Source: Eledone cirrhosa (lineage: Eukaryota). From it: a stretch of 64,000 bases of DNA. The notes under the pieces were generated by a model. The model searched no databases and was not told the DNA's origin. It saw only the letters and a list, made by a program, of their open reading frames with translations. Where the stretch lies: positions 10,106,001 through 10,170,000 of the forward strand of contig OZ024740.1 of the NCBI GenBank assembly GCA_964016885.1, in the 5' to 3' direction. A program made the translations under genes and the position numbers. This document shows positions 20,401-35,400 of the stretch, piece by piece (positions within the stretch are counted from its first letter, which is position 1; each line of letters begins with the position of its first letter).

Positions 20401-23400
20401 TATAGTATAGAGTGTATATAGGTGTTATAGTATAGAGTGTGTATAGGTGTTATAGTATAGAGTGTATATAGGGTTATAGTATAGAGTGTATATAGGGTTA
20501 TAGTATAGAGTGTATATAGGTGTTATAGTATAGAGTGTATAGGTGTTATAGTATAGGTGTGTATAGGTGTTATAGTATAGAGTGTATATAGGGTTATAGT
20601 ATAGAGTGTATATAGGGTTATAGTATAGAGTGTATATAGGTGTTATAGTATAGAGTGTATATAGGGTTATAGTATAGAGTGTATATAGGGTTATAGTATA
20701 GAGTGTATATAGGGTTATAGTATAGAGTGTATATAGGGTTATAGTATAGAGTGTATATAGGTGTTATGGTATAGAGTGTATATAGGGTTATAGTATAGAG
20801 TATACATAGGTGTTATAGTATAGAGTGTATATAGGTGTTATAGTATAGAGTGTGTATCGGTGTTATAGTATAGAGTGTATATAGGGTTATAGTATAGAGT
20901 GTATATAGGGTTATAGTATAGAGTGTATATAGGTGTTATAGTATAGAGTGTATATAGGGTTTTAGTATAGAGTGTATATAGGGTTATAGTATAGAGAGTG
21001 TATATAGGCTTATAGTATAGAGTGTATATAGGTGTTATAGTATAAAGTGTATATAGGGTTATAGTATAGAGTATACATAGGTGTTATAGTATAGAGTGTA
21101 TATAGGTGTTATAGTATAGAGTGTATATAGGGTTATAGTATAGAGTGTATATAGGTGTTATAGTATAGAGTGTATATAGGGTTATAGTATAGAGTGTATA
21201 TAGGTGTTATAGTATAGAGTATATATAGGTGTTATAGTATAGAGTGTATATAGGTGTTATAGTATAAAGTGTATATAGGGTTATAGTATAAAGTGTATAT
21301 AGGGTTATAGTATAGAGTGTATATAGGGTTATAGTATAGAGTGTATATAGGTTTATAGCATAGAGTGTATATAGGTGTTATAGTATAGAGTATATATAGG
21401 TATTATAGTATAGAGTGTATATAGGTGTTATAGTATAGAGTGTATATAGGGTTATAGTATAGAGTGTATATAGGGTTATAGTATAAAGTGTATATAGTGT
21501 TATAGTATAGAGTGTATATAGGTGTTATAGTATAGAGTGTATATAGGTGTTATAGTATAGAGTGTATATAGGGTTATAGTATAGAGTGTATATAGGTGTT
21601 ATAGTATAGAGTGTATATAGGGTTATAGTATAAGTGTATATAGGGTTATAGTATAGAGTGTATATAGGGTTATAGTATAGAGTGTATATAGGGTTATAGT
21701 ATAGAGTGTATATAGGTGTTATAGTATAGAGTGTATATAGGGTTATAGTATAGAGTGTATATAGGGTTATAGTATAGAGTGTATATAGGTGTTATAGTAT
21801 AGAGTGTATATAGGTGTTATAGTATAGAGTGTATATAGGGTTATAGTATAGAGTGTATATAGGGTTATAGTATAGAGTGTATATAGGTGTTATAGTATAG
21901 AGTGTATATAGGTGTTATAGTATAAAGTGTATATAGGGTTATAGTATAAAGTGTATATAGGGTTATAGTATAGAGTGTATATAGGGTTATAGTATAGAGT
22001 GTATATAGGGTTATAGTATAGAGTGTATATAGGTCTTATAGTATAGAGTATATATAGGTGTTATAGTATAGAGTGTATATAGGGTTATAGTATAGAGTGT
22101 ATATAGGGTTATAGTATAGAGTGTATATAGGTGTTATAGTATATGGTATATATAGGTGTTATAGTATAGAGTGTATATAGGTGTTATAGTATAGAGTGTA
22201 TATAGGGGTTATAGTATAGAGTGTATATAGGGTCATAGTATAAAGTGTATATAGGGTTATAGTATAGAGTGTATATAGGTGTTATAGTATAGAGTGTATA
22301 TAGGTGTTATAGTATAGAGTGTATATAGGGTTATAGTATAGAGTGTATATAGGTGTTATAGTATAGAGTGTATATAGGGTTATAGTTTAGAGTGTATATA
22401 GGTGTTATAGTATAGAGTGTATATAGGGTTATAGTATAGAGTGTATATAGGGTTATAGTATAAAGTGTATATAGGGTTATAGTATAGAGTGTATATAGGG
22501 TTAAAGTATAGAGTGTATATAGGGTTAATTATATAGAGTGTATATAGGTGTTATAGTATAGAGTGTATATAGGGTTATAGTATAGAGTGTATATAGGGTT
22601 ATAGTATAGAGTGTATATAGGTGTTATAGTATAGAGTGTATATAGGGTTATAGTATAGAGTGTATATAGGGTTATAGTATAGAGTGTATATAGGTGTTAT
22701 AGTATAGAGTGTATATAGGTGTTATAGTATAGAGTGTATATAGGGTTATAGTATAGAGTGTATAGAGGGTTATAGTATAGAGTGTATATAGGTGTTATAG
22801 TATAGAGTGTATATAGGTGTTATAGTATAAAGTGTATATAGGGTTATAGTATAAAGTGTATATAGGGTTATAGTATAGAGTGTATATAGGGTTATAGTAT
22901 AGAGTGTATATAGGGTTATAGTATAGAGTGTATATAGGTGTTATAGTATAGAGTATATATAGGTGTTATAGTATAGAGTGTATATAGGTGTTATAGTATA
23001 GAGTGTATATAGGGTTATAGTATAAAGTGTATATAGGGTTATAGTATAGAGTGTATATAGGTGTTATAGTATAGAGTGTATATAGGTGTTATAGTATAGA
23101 GTGTATATAGGGTTATAGTATAGAGTGTATATAGGGTTATAGTATAGAGTGTATATAGGTGTTATAGTATAGAGTGTATATAGGTGTTATAGTATAGAGT
23201 GTATATAGGGTTATAGTATAGAGTGTATATAGGGTTATAGTATAGAGTGTATATAGGTGTTATAGTATAGAGTGTATATAGGGTTATAGTATAGAGTGTA
23301 TATAGGGTTATAGTATAGAGTGTATATAGGTGTTATAGTATAGAGTGTATATAGGTGTTATAGTATTGAGTGTTATATAGGGTTATAGTATTTAGTGTAT

Positions 23401-26400
23401 ATAGGGTTATGTATAGATTGTATATAGGTGTTATAGTATAGAGTGTATATAGGTGTTATAGTATAGAGTGTATATAGGGTTATAGTATAGAGTGCATATA
23501 GGGTTATAGTATAGAGTGTATATAGGTGTTATAGTATAGAGTGTATATAGGTGTTATAGTATAGAGTGTATATAGGGTTATAGTATAGAGTGTATATAGG
23601 GTTATAGTATAGAGTGTGTATAGGTGTTATAGTATAGAGTGTATATAGGGTTATAGTATAGAGTGTATATAGGGTTATAGTATAGAGTGTATATAGGTGT
23701 TATCGTATAGAGTGTGTATAGGTGTTATAGTATAGAGTGTATATAGGGTTATAGTATAGAGTGTATATAGGGTTATAGTATAGAGTGTATATAGGTGTTA
23801 TAGTATAGAGTGTATATAGGTGTTATAGTATAGAGTGTGTATAGGTGTTATAGTATAGAGTGTATATAGGTTTATAGTATAGAGTGTATATAGGGTTATA
23901 GTATAGAGTGTATATAGGTGTTATAGTATAGAGTGTATATAGGGTTATAGTATAGAGTGTATATAGGTGTTATAGTATAGAGTGTATATAGGGTTATAGT
24001 ATAGAGTATACATAGGTGTTATAGTATAGAGTGTATATAGGGTTATAGTATAGAGTGTATATAGGGTTTATAGTATAGAGTGTATATAGGTGTTATAGTA
24101 TAGAGTGTATATAGGGTTATAGTATAGAGTGTATATAGGGTTATAGTATAGAGTGTATATAGGTGTTATAGTATAGAGTGTATATAGGTGTTATAGTATA
24201 GAGTGTATATAGGGTTATAGTATATAGTGTATATAGGGTTATAGTATAGATTGTATATAGGTGTTATAGTATAGAGTGTATATAGGTGTTATAGTATAGA
24301 GTGTATATAGGGTTATAGTATAGAGTGTATATAGGGTTATAGTATAGAGTGTATATAGGTGTTATAGTATAGAGTGTATATAGGTGTTATAGTATAGAGT
24401 GTATATAGGGTTATAGTATAGAGTGTATATAGGGTTATAGTATAGAGTGTGTATAGGTGTTATAGTATAGAGTGTATATAGGGTTATAGTATAGAGTGTA
24501 TATAGGGTTATAGTATAGAGTGTATATAGGTGTTATAGTATAGAGTGTATATAGGTGTTATAGTATAGAGTGTGTATAGGTGTTATAGTATAGAGTGTAT
24601 ATAGGGTTATAGTATAGAGTGTATATAGGGTTATAGTATAGAGTGTATATAGGGTTATAGTATAGAGTGTATATAGGGTTATAGTATAGAGTGTATATAG
24701 GTGTTATAGTATAGAGTGTATATAGGGTTATAGTATAGAGTATACATAGGTGTTATAGTATAGAGTGTATATAGGGTTATAGTATAGAGTGTATATAGGG
24801 TTATAGTATAGAGTGTATATAGGGTTATAGTATAGAGTGTATATAGGTGTTATAGTATAGAGTGTATATAGGGTTATAGTATAGAGTATACATAGGTGTT
24901 ATAGTATAGAGTGTATATAGGGTTATAGTATAGAGTGTATATAGGTGTTATAGTATAGAGTATATATAGGTGTTATAGTATAGAGTGTATATAGGTGTTA
25001 TAGTATAAGTGTATATAGGGTTATAGAATAAGTGTATATAGGGTTATAGTATAGAGTGTATATAGGGTTATAGTATAGAGTGTATATAGGGTTATAGTAT
25101 AGAGTGTATATAGGTGTTATAGTATAGAGTATATATAGGTATTAGAGTATAGAGTGTATATAGGTGTTATAGTATAGAGTGTATATAGGGTTATAGTATA
25201 GAGTGTATATAGGGTTATAGTATAAAGTGTATATAGGGTTATAGTATAGAGTGTATATAGGTGTTATAGTATAGAGTGTATATAGGTGTTATAGTATAGA
25301 GTGTATATAGGGTTATAGGTATAGAGTGTATATAGGAGTTATAGTATAGAGTGTATAGAGGGTTATAGTATAGAGTGTATATAGGGTTATAGTATAAAGT
25401 GTATATAGGGTTATAGTATAGAGTGTATATAGGGTTATAGTATAGAGTGTATATAGGGTTATAGTATACAGTGTATATAGGTGTTATAGTATAGAGTGTA
25501 TATAGGTGTTATAGTATAGAGTGTATATAGGGTTATAGTATAGAATGTATATAGGGTTATAGTATAGAGTGTGTATTAGTGTTATAGTATAGAGTGTATA
25601 TAGGGTTATAGTATAGAGTGTATATAGGTGTTATAGTATAGAGTGTATATAGGTGTTATAGTATAGAGTGTATATAGGGTTATAGTTTAGAGTGTATATA
25701 GGGTTATAGTATAGAGTGTATATAGGTGTTATAGTATAGAGTGTATATAGGGTTATAGTATAGAGTGTATATAGGGTTATAGTATAGAGTGTATATAGGT
25801 GTTATAGTATAGAGTGTATATAGGTGTTATAGTATAGAGTGTATATAGGGTTATAGTATAGAGTGTATATAGGGTTATAGTATAGAGTGTATATAGGTGT
25901 TATAGTATAGAGTGTATATAGGTGTTATAGTATAGAGTGTATATAGGGTTATAGTATAGAGTGTATATAGGGTTATAGTATAGAGTGTATATAGGTGTTA
26001 TAGTATAGAGTGTATATAGGTGTTATAGTATAGAGTGTATATAGGGTTATAGTATAGTGTATATAGGGTTATATATAGTTGTATTAGGTGTTATAGTATA
26101 GAGTGTATATAGGTGTTATAGTATAGAGTGTATATAGGGTTATAGTTTAGAGTGTATATAGGGTTATAGTATAGAGTGTATATAGGTGTTATAGTATAGA
26201 GTGTATATAGGTGTTATAGTATAGAGTGTATATAGGGTTATAGTATAGAGTGTATATAGGGTTATAGTATAGAGTGTGTATAGGTGTTATTGTATAGAGT
26301 GTATATAGGGTTATAGTATAGAGTGTATATAGGGTTATAGTATAGAGTGTATATAGGTGTTATCGTATAGAGTGTGTATAGGTGTTATAGTATAGAGTGT

Positions 26401-29400
26401 ATATAGGGTTATAGTATAGAGTGTATATAGGGTTATAGTATAGAGTGTATATAGGTGTTATAGTATAGAGTGTATATAGGTGTTATAGTATAGAGTGTGT
26501 ATAGGTGTTATAGTATAGAGTGTATATAGGTTTATAGTATAGAGTGTATATAGGGTTATAGTATAGAGTGTATATAGGTGTTATAGTATAGAGTGTATAT
26601 AGGGTTATAGTATAGAGTGTATATAGGTGTTATAGTATAGAGTGTATATAGGGTTATAGTATAGAGTATACATAGGTGTTATAGTATAGAGTGTATATAG
26701 GGTTATAGTATAGAGTGTATATAGGGTTATAGTATAGAGTGTATATAGGTGTTATAGTATAGAGTGTATATAGGGTTATAGTATAGAGTGTATATGGGGT
26801 TATAGTATAGAGTGTATATAGGTGTTATAGTATAGAGTGTATATAGGTGTTATAGTATAGAGTGTATATAGGGTTATAGTATAGTGTATATAGGGTTATA
26901 GTATAGATTGTATATAGGTGTTATAGTATAGAGTGTATATAGGTGTTATAGTATAGAGTGTATATAGGGTTATAGTATAGAGTGTATATAGGGTTATAGT
27001 ATAGAGTGTATATAGGTGTTATAGTATAGAGTGTATATAGGTGTTATAGTATAGAGTGTATATAGGGTTATAGTATAGAGTGTATATAGGGTTATAGTAT
27101 AGAGTGTGTATAGGTGTTATAGTATAGAGTGTATATAGGGTTATAGTATAGAGTGTATATAGGTGTTATAGTATAGAGTGTATATAGGTGTTATAGTATA
27201 GAGTGTATATAGGTGTTATAGTATAGAGTGTGTATAGGTGTTATAGTATAGAGTGTATATAGGGTTATAGTATAGAGTGTATATAGGGTTATAGTATAGA
27301 GTGTATATAGGGTTATAGTATAGAGTGTATATAGGGTTATAGTATAGAGTGTATATAGGTGTTATAGTATAGAGTGTATATAGGGTTATAGTATAGAGTA
27401 TACATAGGTGTTATAGTATAGAGTGTATATAGGGTTATAGTATAGAGTGTATATAGGGGTTATAGTATAGAGTGTATATAGGGTTATAGTATAGAGTGTA
27501 TATAGGTGTTATAGTATAGAGTGTATATATGGTTATAATATAGAGTATACATAGGTGTTATAGTATAGAGTGTATATAGGGTTATAGTATAGAGTGTATA
27601 TAGGTGTTATAGTATAGAGTATATATAGGTGTTATAGTATAGAGTGTATATAGGTGTTATAGTATAAAGTGTATATAGGGTTATAGAATAAAGTGTATAT
27701 AGGGTTATAGTATAGAGTGTATATAGGGTTATAGTATAGAGTGTATATAGGGTTATAGTATAGAGTGTATATAGGTGTTATAGTATAGAGTATATATAGG
27801 TATTAGAGTATAGAGTGTATATAGGTGTTATAGTATAGAGTGTATATAGGGTTATAGTATAGAGTGTATATAGGGGTTATAGTATAAAGTGTATATAGGG
27901 TTATAGTATAGAGTGTATATAGGTGTTATAGTATAGAGTGTATATAGGTGTTATAGTATAGAGTGTATATAGGGTTATAGTATAGAGTGTATATAGGAGT
28001 TATAGTATAGAGTGTATAGAGGGTTATAGTATAGAGTGTATATAGGGTTATAGTATAAAGTGTATATAGGGTTATAGTATAGAGTGTATATAGGGTTATA
28101 GTATAGAGTGTATATAGGGTTATAGTATACAGTGTATATAGGTGTTATAGTATAGAGTGTATATAGGTGTTATAGTATAGAGTGTATATAGGGTTATAGT
28201 ATAGAATGTATATAGGGTTATAGTATAGAGTGTGTATAAGTGTTATAGTATAGAGTGTATATAGGGTTATAGTATAGAGTGTATATAGGTGTTATAGTAT
28301 AGAGTGTATATAGGTGTTATAGTATAGAGTGTATATAGGGTTATAGTATAGAGTGTATATAGGGTTATAGTATAGAGTGTATATAGGTGTTATAGTATAG
28401 AGTGTATATAGGGTTATAGTATAGAGTGTATATAGGGTTATAGTATAGATTGTATATAGGTGTTATAGTATAGAGTGTATATAGGTGTTATAGTATAGAG
28501 TGTATATAGGGTTATAGTATAGAGTGTATATAGGGTTATAGTATAGAGTGTATATAGGTGTTATAGTATAGAGTGTATATAGGTGTTATAGTATAGAGTG
28601 TATATAGGGTTATAGTATAGAGTGTATATAGGGTTATAGTATAGAGTGTGTATAGGTGTTATAGTATAGAGTGTATATAGGGTTATAGTATAGAGTGTAT
28701 ATAGGGTTATAGTATAGAGTGTATATAGGTGTTATCGTATAGAGTGTATATAGGGTTATAGTATAGAGTGTATATAGGGTTATAGTATAGAGTGTATATA
28801 GGGTTATAGTATAGAGTGTATATAGGGTAATAGTATAGAGTGTATATAGGTGTTATGGTATAGAGTGTATATAGGGTTATAGTATAGAGTATAATAGGTG
28901 TTATAGTATAGAGTGTATATAGGTGTTATAGTATAGAGTGTGTATAGGTGTTATAGTATAGAGTGTATATAGGGTTATAGTATAGAGTGTATATAGGGTT
29001 ATAGTATAGATTGTATATAGGTGTTATAGTATAGAGTGTATATAGGTGTTATAGTATAGAGTGTATATAGGGTTATAGTATAGAGTGTATATAGGGTTAT
29101 AGTATAGATTGTATATAGGTGTTATAGTATAGAGTGTATATAGGTGTTATAGTATAGAGTGTATATAGGGTTATAGTATAGAGTGTATATAGGGTTATAG
29201 TATAGAGTGTATATAGGTGTTATAGTATAGAGTGTATATAGGTGTTATAGTATAGAGTGTGTATAGGTGTTATAGTATAGAGTGTATATAGGGTTATAGA
29301 AGAGAGTGTATATAGGGTTATAGTATAGAGTGTATACAGGTGTTATAGTATAGAGTGTATATAGGGTTATAGTATAGAGTGTATATAGGGTTTTAGTATA

Positions 29401-32400
29401 GAGTGTATATAGGGTTATAGTATAGAGTGTATATAGGCTTATAGTATAGAGTGTATATAGGTGTTATAGTATAGAGTGTATATAGGGTTATAGTATAGAG
29501 TATACATAGGTGTTATAGTATAGAGTGTATATAGGTGTTATAGTATAGAGTGTATATAGGGTTATAGTATAGAGTGTATATAGGTGTTATAGTATAGAGT
29601 GTATATAGGGTTATAGTATAGAGTGTATATAGGTGTTACAGTATAGAGTATATATAGGTGTTATAGTATAGAGTGTATATAGGTGTTATAGTATAAAGTG
29701 TATATAGGGTTATAGTATAAAGTGTATATAGGGTTATAGTATAGAGTGTATATAGGGTTATAGTATAGAGTGTATATAGGTTTATAGTATAGAGTGTATA
29801 TAGGTGTTATAGTATAGAGTATATATAGGTATTATAGTATAGAGTGTATATAGGTGTTATAGTATAGAGTGTATATAGGGTTATAGTATAGAGTGTATAT
29901 AGGGTTATACTATAAAGTGTATATAGTGTTATAGTATAGAGTGTATATAGGTGTTATAGTATAGAGTGTATATAGGTGTTATAGTATAGAGTGTATATAG
30001 GGTTATAGTATAGAGTGTATATAGGTGTTATAGTATAGAGTGTATATAGGGTTATAGTATAAAGTGTATATAGGGTTATAGTATAGAGTGTATATAGGGT
30101 TATAGTATAGAGTGTATATAGGGTTATAGTATAGAGTGTATATAGGTGTTATAGTATAGAGTGTATATAGGGTTATAGTATAGAGTGTATATAGGGTTAT
30201 AGTATAGAGTGTATATAGGTGTTATAGTATAGAGTGTATATAGGGTTATAGTATAGAGTGTATATAGGGTTATAGTATAGAGTGTATATAGGTGTTATAG
30301 TATAGAGTGTATATAGGTGTTATAGTATAGAGTGTATATAGGGTTATAGTATAGAGTGTATATAGGGTTATAGTATAGAGTGTATATAGGTGTTATAGTA
30401 TAGAGTGTATATAGGTGTTATAGTATAAAGTGTATATAGGGTTATAGTATAAAGTGTATATAGGGTTATAGTATAGAGTGTATATAGGGTTATAGTATAG
30501 AGTGTATATAGGGTTATAGTATAGAGTGTATATAGGTCTTATAGTATAGAGTATATATAGGTGTTATAGTATAGAGTGTATATAGGGTTATAGTATAAAG
30601 TGTATATAGGGTTATAGTATAGAGTGTATATAGGTGTTATAGTATATGGTATATATAGGTGTTATAGTATAGAGTGTATATAGGTGTTATAGTATAGAGT
30701 GTATATAGGGTTATAGTATAGAGTGTATATAGGGTTCATAGTATAAAGTGTATATAGGGTTATAGTATAGAGTGTATATAGGTGTTATAGTATAGAGTGT
30801 ATATAGGTGTTATAGTATAGAGTGTATATAGGGTTATAGTATAGAGTGTATATAGGTGTTATAGTATAGAGTGTATATAGGGTTATAGTATAGAGTGTAT
30901 ATAGGGTTATAGTATAAAGTGTATATAGGGTTATAGTATAGAGTGTATATAGGGTTATAGTATAGAGTGTATATAGGGTTTAGTATTAGAGTGTATATAG
31001 GTGTTATAGTATAGAGTGTATATAGGGTTATAGTATAGAGTGTATATAGGGTTATAGTATAGAGTGTATATAGGTGTTATAGTATAGAGTGTATATAGGG
31101 TTATAGTATAGAGTGTATATAGGGTTATAGTATAGAGTGTATATAGGGTTATAGTATAGAGTGTATATAGGGTTATAGTATAGAGTGTATATAGGGTTAT
31201 AGTATAGAGTGTATATAGGGTTATAGTATAGAGTGTATATAGGGTTATAGTATAGAGTGTATATAGGTGTTATAGTATAGAGTGTATATAGGGTTATAGT
31301 ATAGAGTGTATAGAGGGTTATAGTATAGAGTGTATATAGGTGTTATAGTATAGAGTGTATATAGGTGTTTTAGTATAAAGTGTATATAGGGTTATAGTAT
31401 AAAGTGTATATAGGGTTATAGTATAGATGTATATAGGGTTTATAGTATAGAAGTGTATATAGGGTTATAGTATAGAGTGTATATAGGTGTTATAGTATAG
31501 AGTATATATAGGTGTTATAGTATAGAGTGTATATAGGTGTTATAGTATAGAGTGTATATAGGGTTATAGTATAAAGTGTATATAGGGTTATAGTATAAAG
31601 TGTATATACGGTTATAGTATAGAGTGTATATAGGGTTATAGTATAGAGTGTATATAGGGTTATAGTATAGAGTGTATATAGGTGTTATAGTATAGAGTGT
31701 ATATAGGGTTATAGTATAGAGTGTATAGAGGGTTATAGTATAGAGTGTATATAGGTGTTATAGTATAGAGTGTATATAGGTGTTATAGTATAAAGTGTAT
31801 ATAGGGTTATAGTATAGAGTGTATATAGGGTTATAGTATAGAGTGTATATAGGGTTATAGTATAGAGTGTATATAGGTGTTATAGTATAGAGTATATATA
31901 GGTGTTATAGTATAGAGTGTATATAGGTGTTATAGTATAGAGTGTATATAGGGTTATAGTATAGAGGGTATATAGGGTTATAGTATAAAGTGTATATAGG
32001 GTTATAATATAGAGTGTATATAGGTGTTATAGTATAGAGTGTATATAGGTGTTATAGTATAGAGTGTATATAGGGTTATAGTATAGAGTGTATATAGGTG
32101 TTATAGTATAGAGTGTATATAGGTGTTATAGTATAGAGTGTATATAGGGTTATAGTATAAAGTGTATATAGGGTTATAGTATAGAGTGTATATAGGGTTA
32201 TAGTATAGAGTGTATATAGGGTTATAGTATAGAGTGTATATAGGTGTTATAGTATAGAGTGTGTATAGGTGTTATAGTATAGAGTGTATATAGGGTTATA
32301 GTATAGAGTGTATATAGGGTTATAGTATAGAGTGTATATAGGTGTTATAGTATAGAGTGTATATAGGTGTTATAGTATAGAGTGTATATAGGGTTATAGT

Positions 32401-35400
32401 ATAGAGTGTATATAGGGTTATAGTATAGAGTGTATATAGGTGTTATAGTATAGAGTGTATATAGGTGTTATAGTATAAAGTGTATATAGGGTTATAGTAT
32501 AAGTGTATATAGGGTTATAGTATAGAGTGTATATAGGGTTATAGTATAGAGTGTATATAGGGTTATAGTATAGAGTGTATATAGGTCTTATAGTATAGAG
32601 TATATATAGGTGTTATAGTATAGAGTGTATATAGGGTTATAGTATACAGTGTATATAGGGTTATAGTATAGAGTGTATATAGGTGTTATAGTATATGGTA
32701 TATATAGGTGTTATAGTATAGAGTGTATATAGGTGTTATAGTATAGAGTGTATATAGGGTTATAGTATAGAGTGTATATAGGGTCATAGAATAAGTGAAT
32801 ATAGGGGTATAGTATAGAGTGTATATAGGTGTTATAGTATAGAGTGTATATAGGTGTTATAGTATAGAGTGTATATAGGGTTATAGTATAGAGTGTATAT
32901 AGGTGTTATAGTATAGAGTGTATATAGGGTTATAGTATAGAGTGTATATAGGGTTATAGTATAAAGTGTATATAGGGTTATAGTATAGAGTGTATATAGG
33001 GTTAAAGTATAGAGTGTATATAGGGTTAATTATATAGAGTGTATATAGGTGTTATAGTATAGAGTGTATATAGGGTTATAGTATAGAGTGTATATAGGGT
33101 TATAGTATAGAGTGTATATAGGTGTTATAGTATAGAGTGTATATAGGGTTATAGTATAGAGTGTATATAGGGTTATAGTATAGAGTGTATATAGGGTTAT
33201 AGTATAGAGTGTATATAGGGTTATAGTATAGAGTGTATATAGGGTTATAGTATTAGAGTGTATATAGGGTTATAGTATAGAGTGTATATAGGGTTATAGT
33301 ATAGAGTGTATATAGGTGTTATAGTATAGAAGTGTATATAGGGTTATAGTATAGAGTGTATATAGGGTTATAGTATAGAGTGTATATAGGTGTTATAGTA
33401 TAGAGTGTATATAGGTGTTATAGTATAAAGTGTATATAGGGTTATAGTATAAAGTGTATATAGGGTTATAGTATAGAGTGTATATAGGGTTATAGTATAG
33501 AGTGTATATAGGGTTATAGTATAGAGTGTATATAGGTGTTATAGTATAGAGTGTATATAGGTGTTATAGTATAGAGTGTATATAGGTGTTATAGTATAGA
33601 GTGTATATAGGGTTATAGTATAGAGTGTATATAGGGTTATAGTATAAAGTGTATATACGGGTTATAGTATAGAGTGTATATAGGGTTATAGTATAGAGTG
33701 TATATAGGGTTATAGTATAGAGTGTATATAGGTGTTATAGTATAGAGTGTATATAGGTGTTATAGTATAGAGTGTATAGAGGGTTATAGTATAGAGTGTA
33801 TATAGGGTTATAGTATAGAGTGTATATAGTGTTATAGTATAGAGTGTATATAGGGTTATAGTATAGAGTGTATATAGGGGTTATAGTATAGAGTGTATAT
33901 AGGGTTATAGTATAGAGTGTATATAGGTGTTATAGTATAGAGTATATAGGTGTTATAGTATAGAGTGTATATAGGTGTTATAGTATAGAGTGTATATAGG
34001 GTTATAGTATAGAGGGTATATAGGGTTATAAGTATAAAGTGGTATATAGGGTTTATAAGTATAGAGTGTATATAGGTGTTATAGTATAGAGTGTATATAG
34101 GTGTTATAGTATAGAGTGTATATAGGGTTATAGTATAGAGTGTATATAGGTGTTATAGTAGAGTGTTATAGGGTATAGTATAGAGTGTATATAGGGTTAT
34201 AGTATAAGTGTATATAGGGTTATAGTATAGAGTGTATATAGGGTTATAGTATAGAGTGTATATAGGGTTATAGTATAGAGTGTATATAGGTGTTATAGTA
34301 TAGAGTGTGTATAGGTGTTATAGTATAGAGTGTATATAGGGTTATAGTATAGAGTGTATATAGGGTTATAGTATAGAGTGTATATAGGTGTTATAGTATA
34401 GAGTGTATATAGGTGTTATAGTATAGAGTGTGTATAGGTGTTATAGTATAGAGTGTATATAGGGTTATAGTATAGAGTGTATATAGGGTTATAGTATAGA
34501 GTGTATATAGGTGTTATAGTAAGAGTGTATATAGGGTTATAGTATAGATGTATATAGGGTTTTAGTATAGAGTGTATATAGGGTTATAGTATAGAGTGTA
34601 TATAGGCTTATAGTATAGAGTGTATATAGGTGTTATAGTATAGAGTGTATATAGGGTTATAGTATAGAGTATACATAGGTGTTATAGTATAGAGTGTATA
34701 TAGGTGTTATAGTATAGAGTGTATATAGGGTTATAGTATAGAGTGTATATAGGTGTTATAGTATAGAGTGTATATAGGGTTATAGTATAGAGTGTATATA
34801 GGTGTTGTAGTATAGAGTATATATAGGAGTTATAGTATAGAGTGTATATAGGTGTTATAGTATAAAGTGTATATAGGGTTATAGTATAAAGTGTATATAG
34901 GGTTAAAGTATAGAGTGTATATAGGGTTATAGTATAGAGTGTATATAGGTTTATAGTATAGAGTGTATATAGGTGTTATAGTATAGAGTATATATAGGTA
35001 TTATAGTATAGAGTGTATATAGGTGTTATAGTATAGAGTGTATATAGGGTTATAGTATAGAGTGTATATAGGGTTATAGTATAAAGTGTATATAGTGTTA
35101 TAGTATAGAGTGTATATAGGTGTTATAGTATAGAGTGTATATAGGTGTTATAGTATAGAGTGTATATAGGGTTATAGTATAGAGTGTATATAGGTGTTAT
35201 AGTATAGAGTGTATATAGGGTTATAGTATAGAGTGTATATAGGTGTTATAGTATAGAGTATATATAGGTGTTATAGTATAGAGTGTATATAGGTGTTATA
35301 GTATAAAGTGTATATAGGGTTATAGTATAAAGTGTATATAGGGTTATAGTATAGAGTGTATAGGGTTATAGTATAGAGTGTATATAGGTTTATAGTATAG

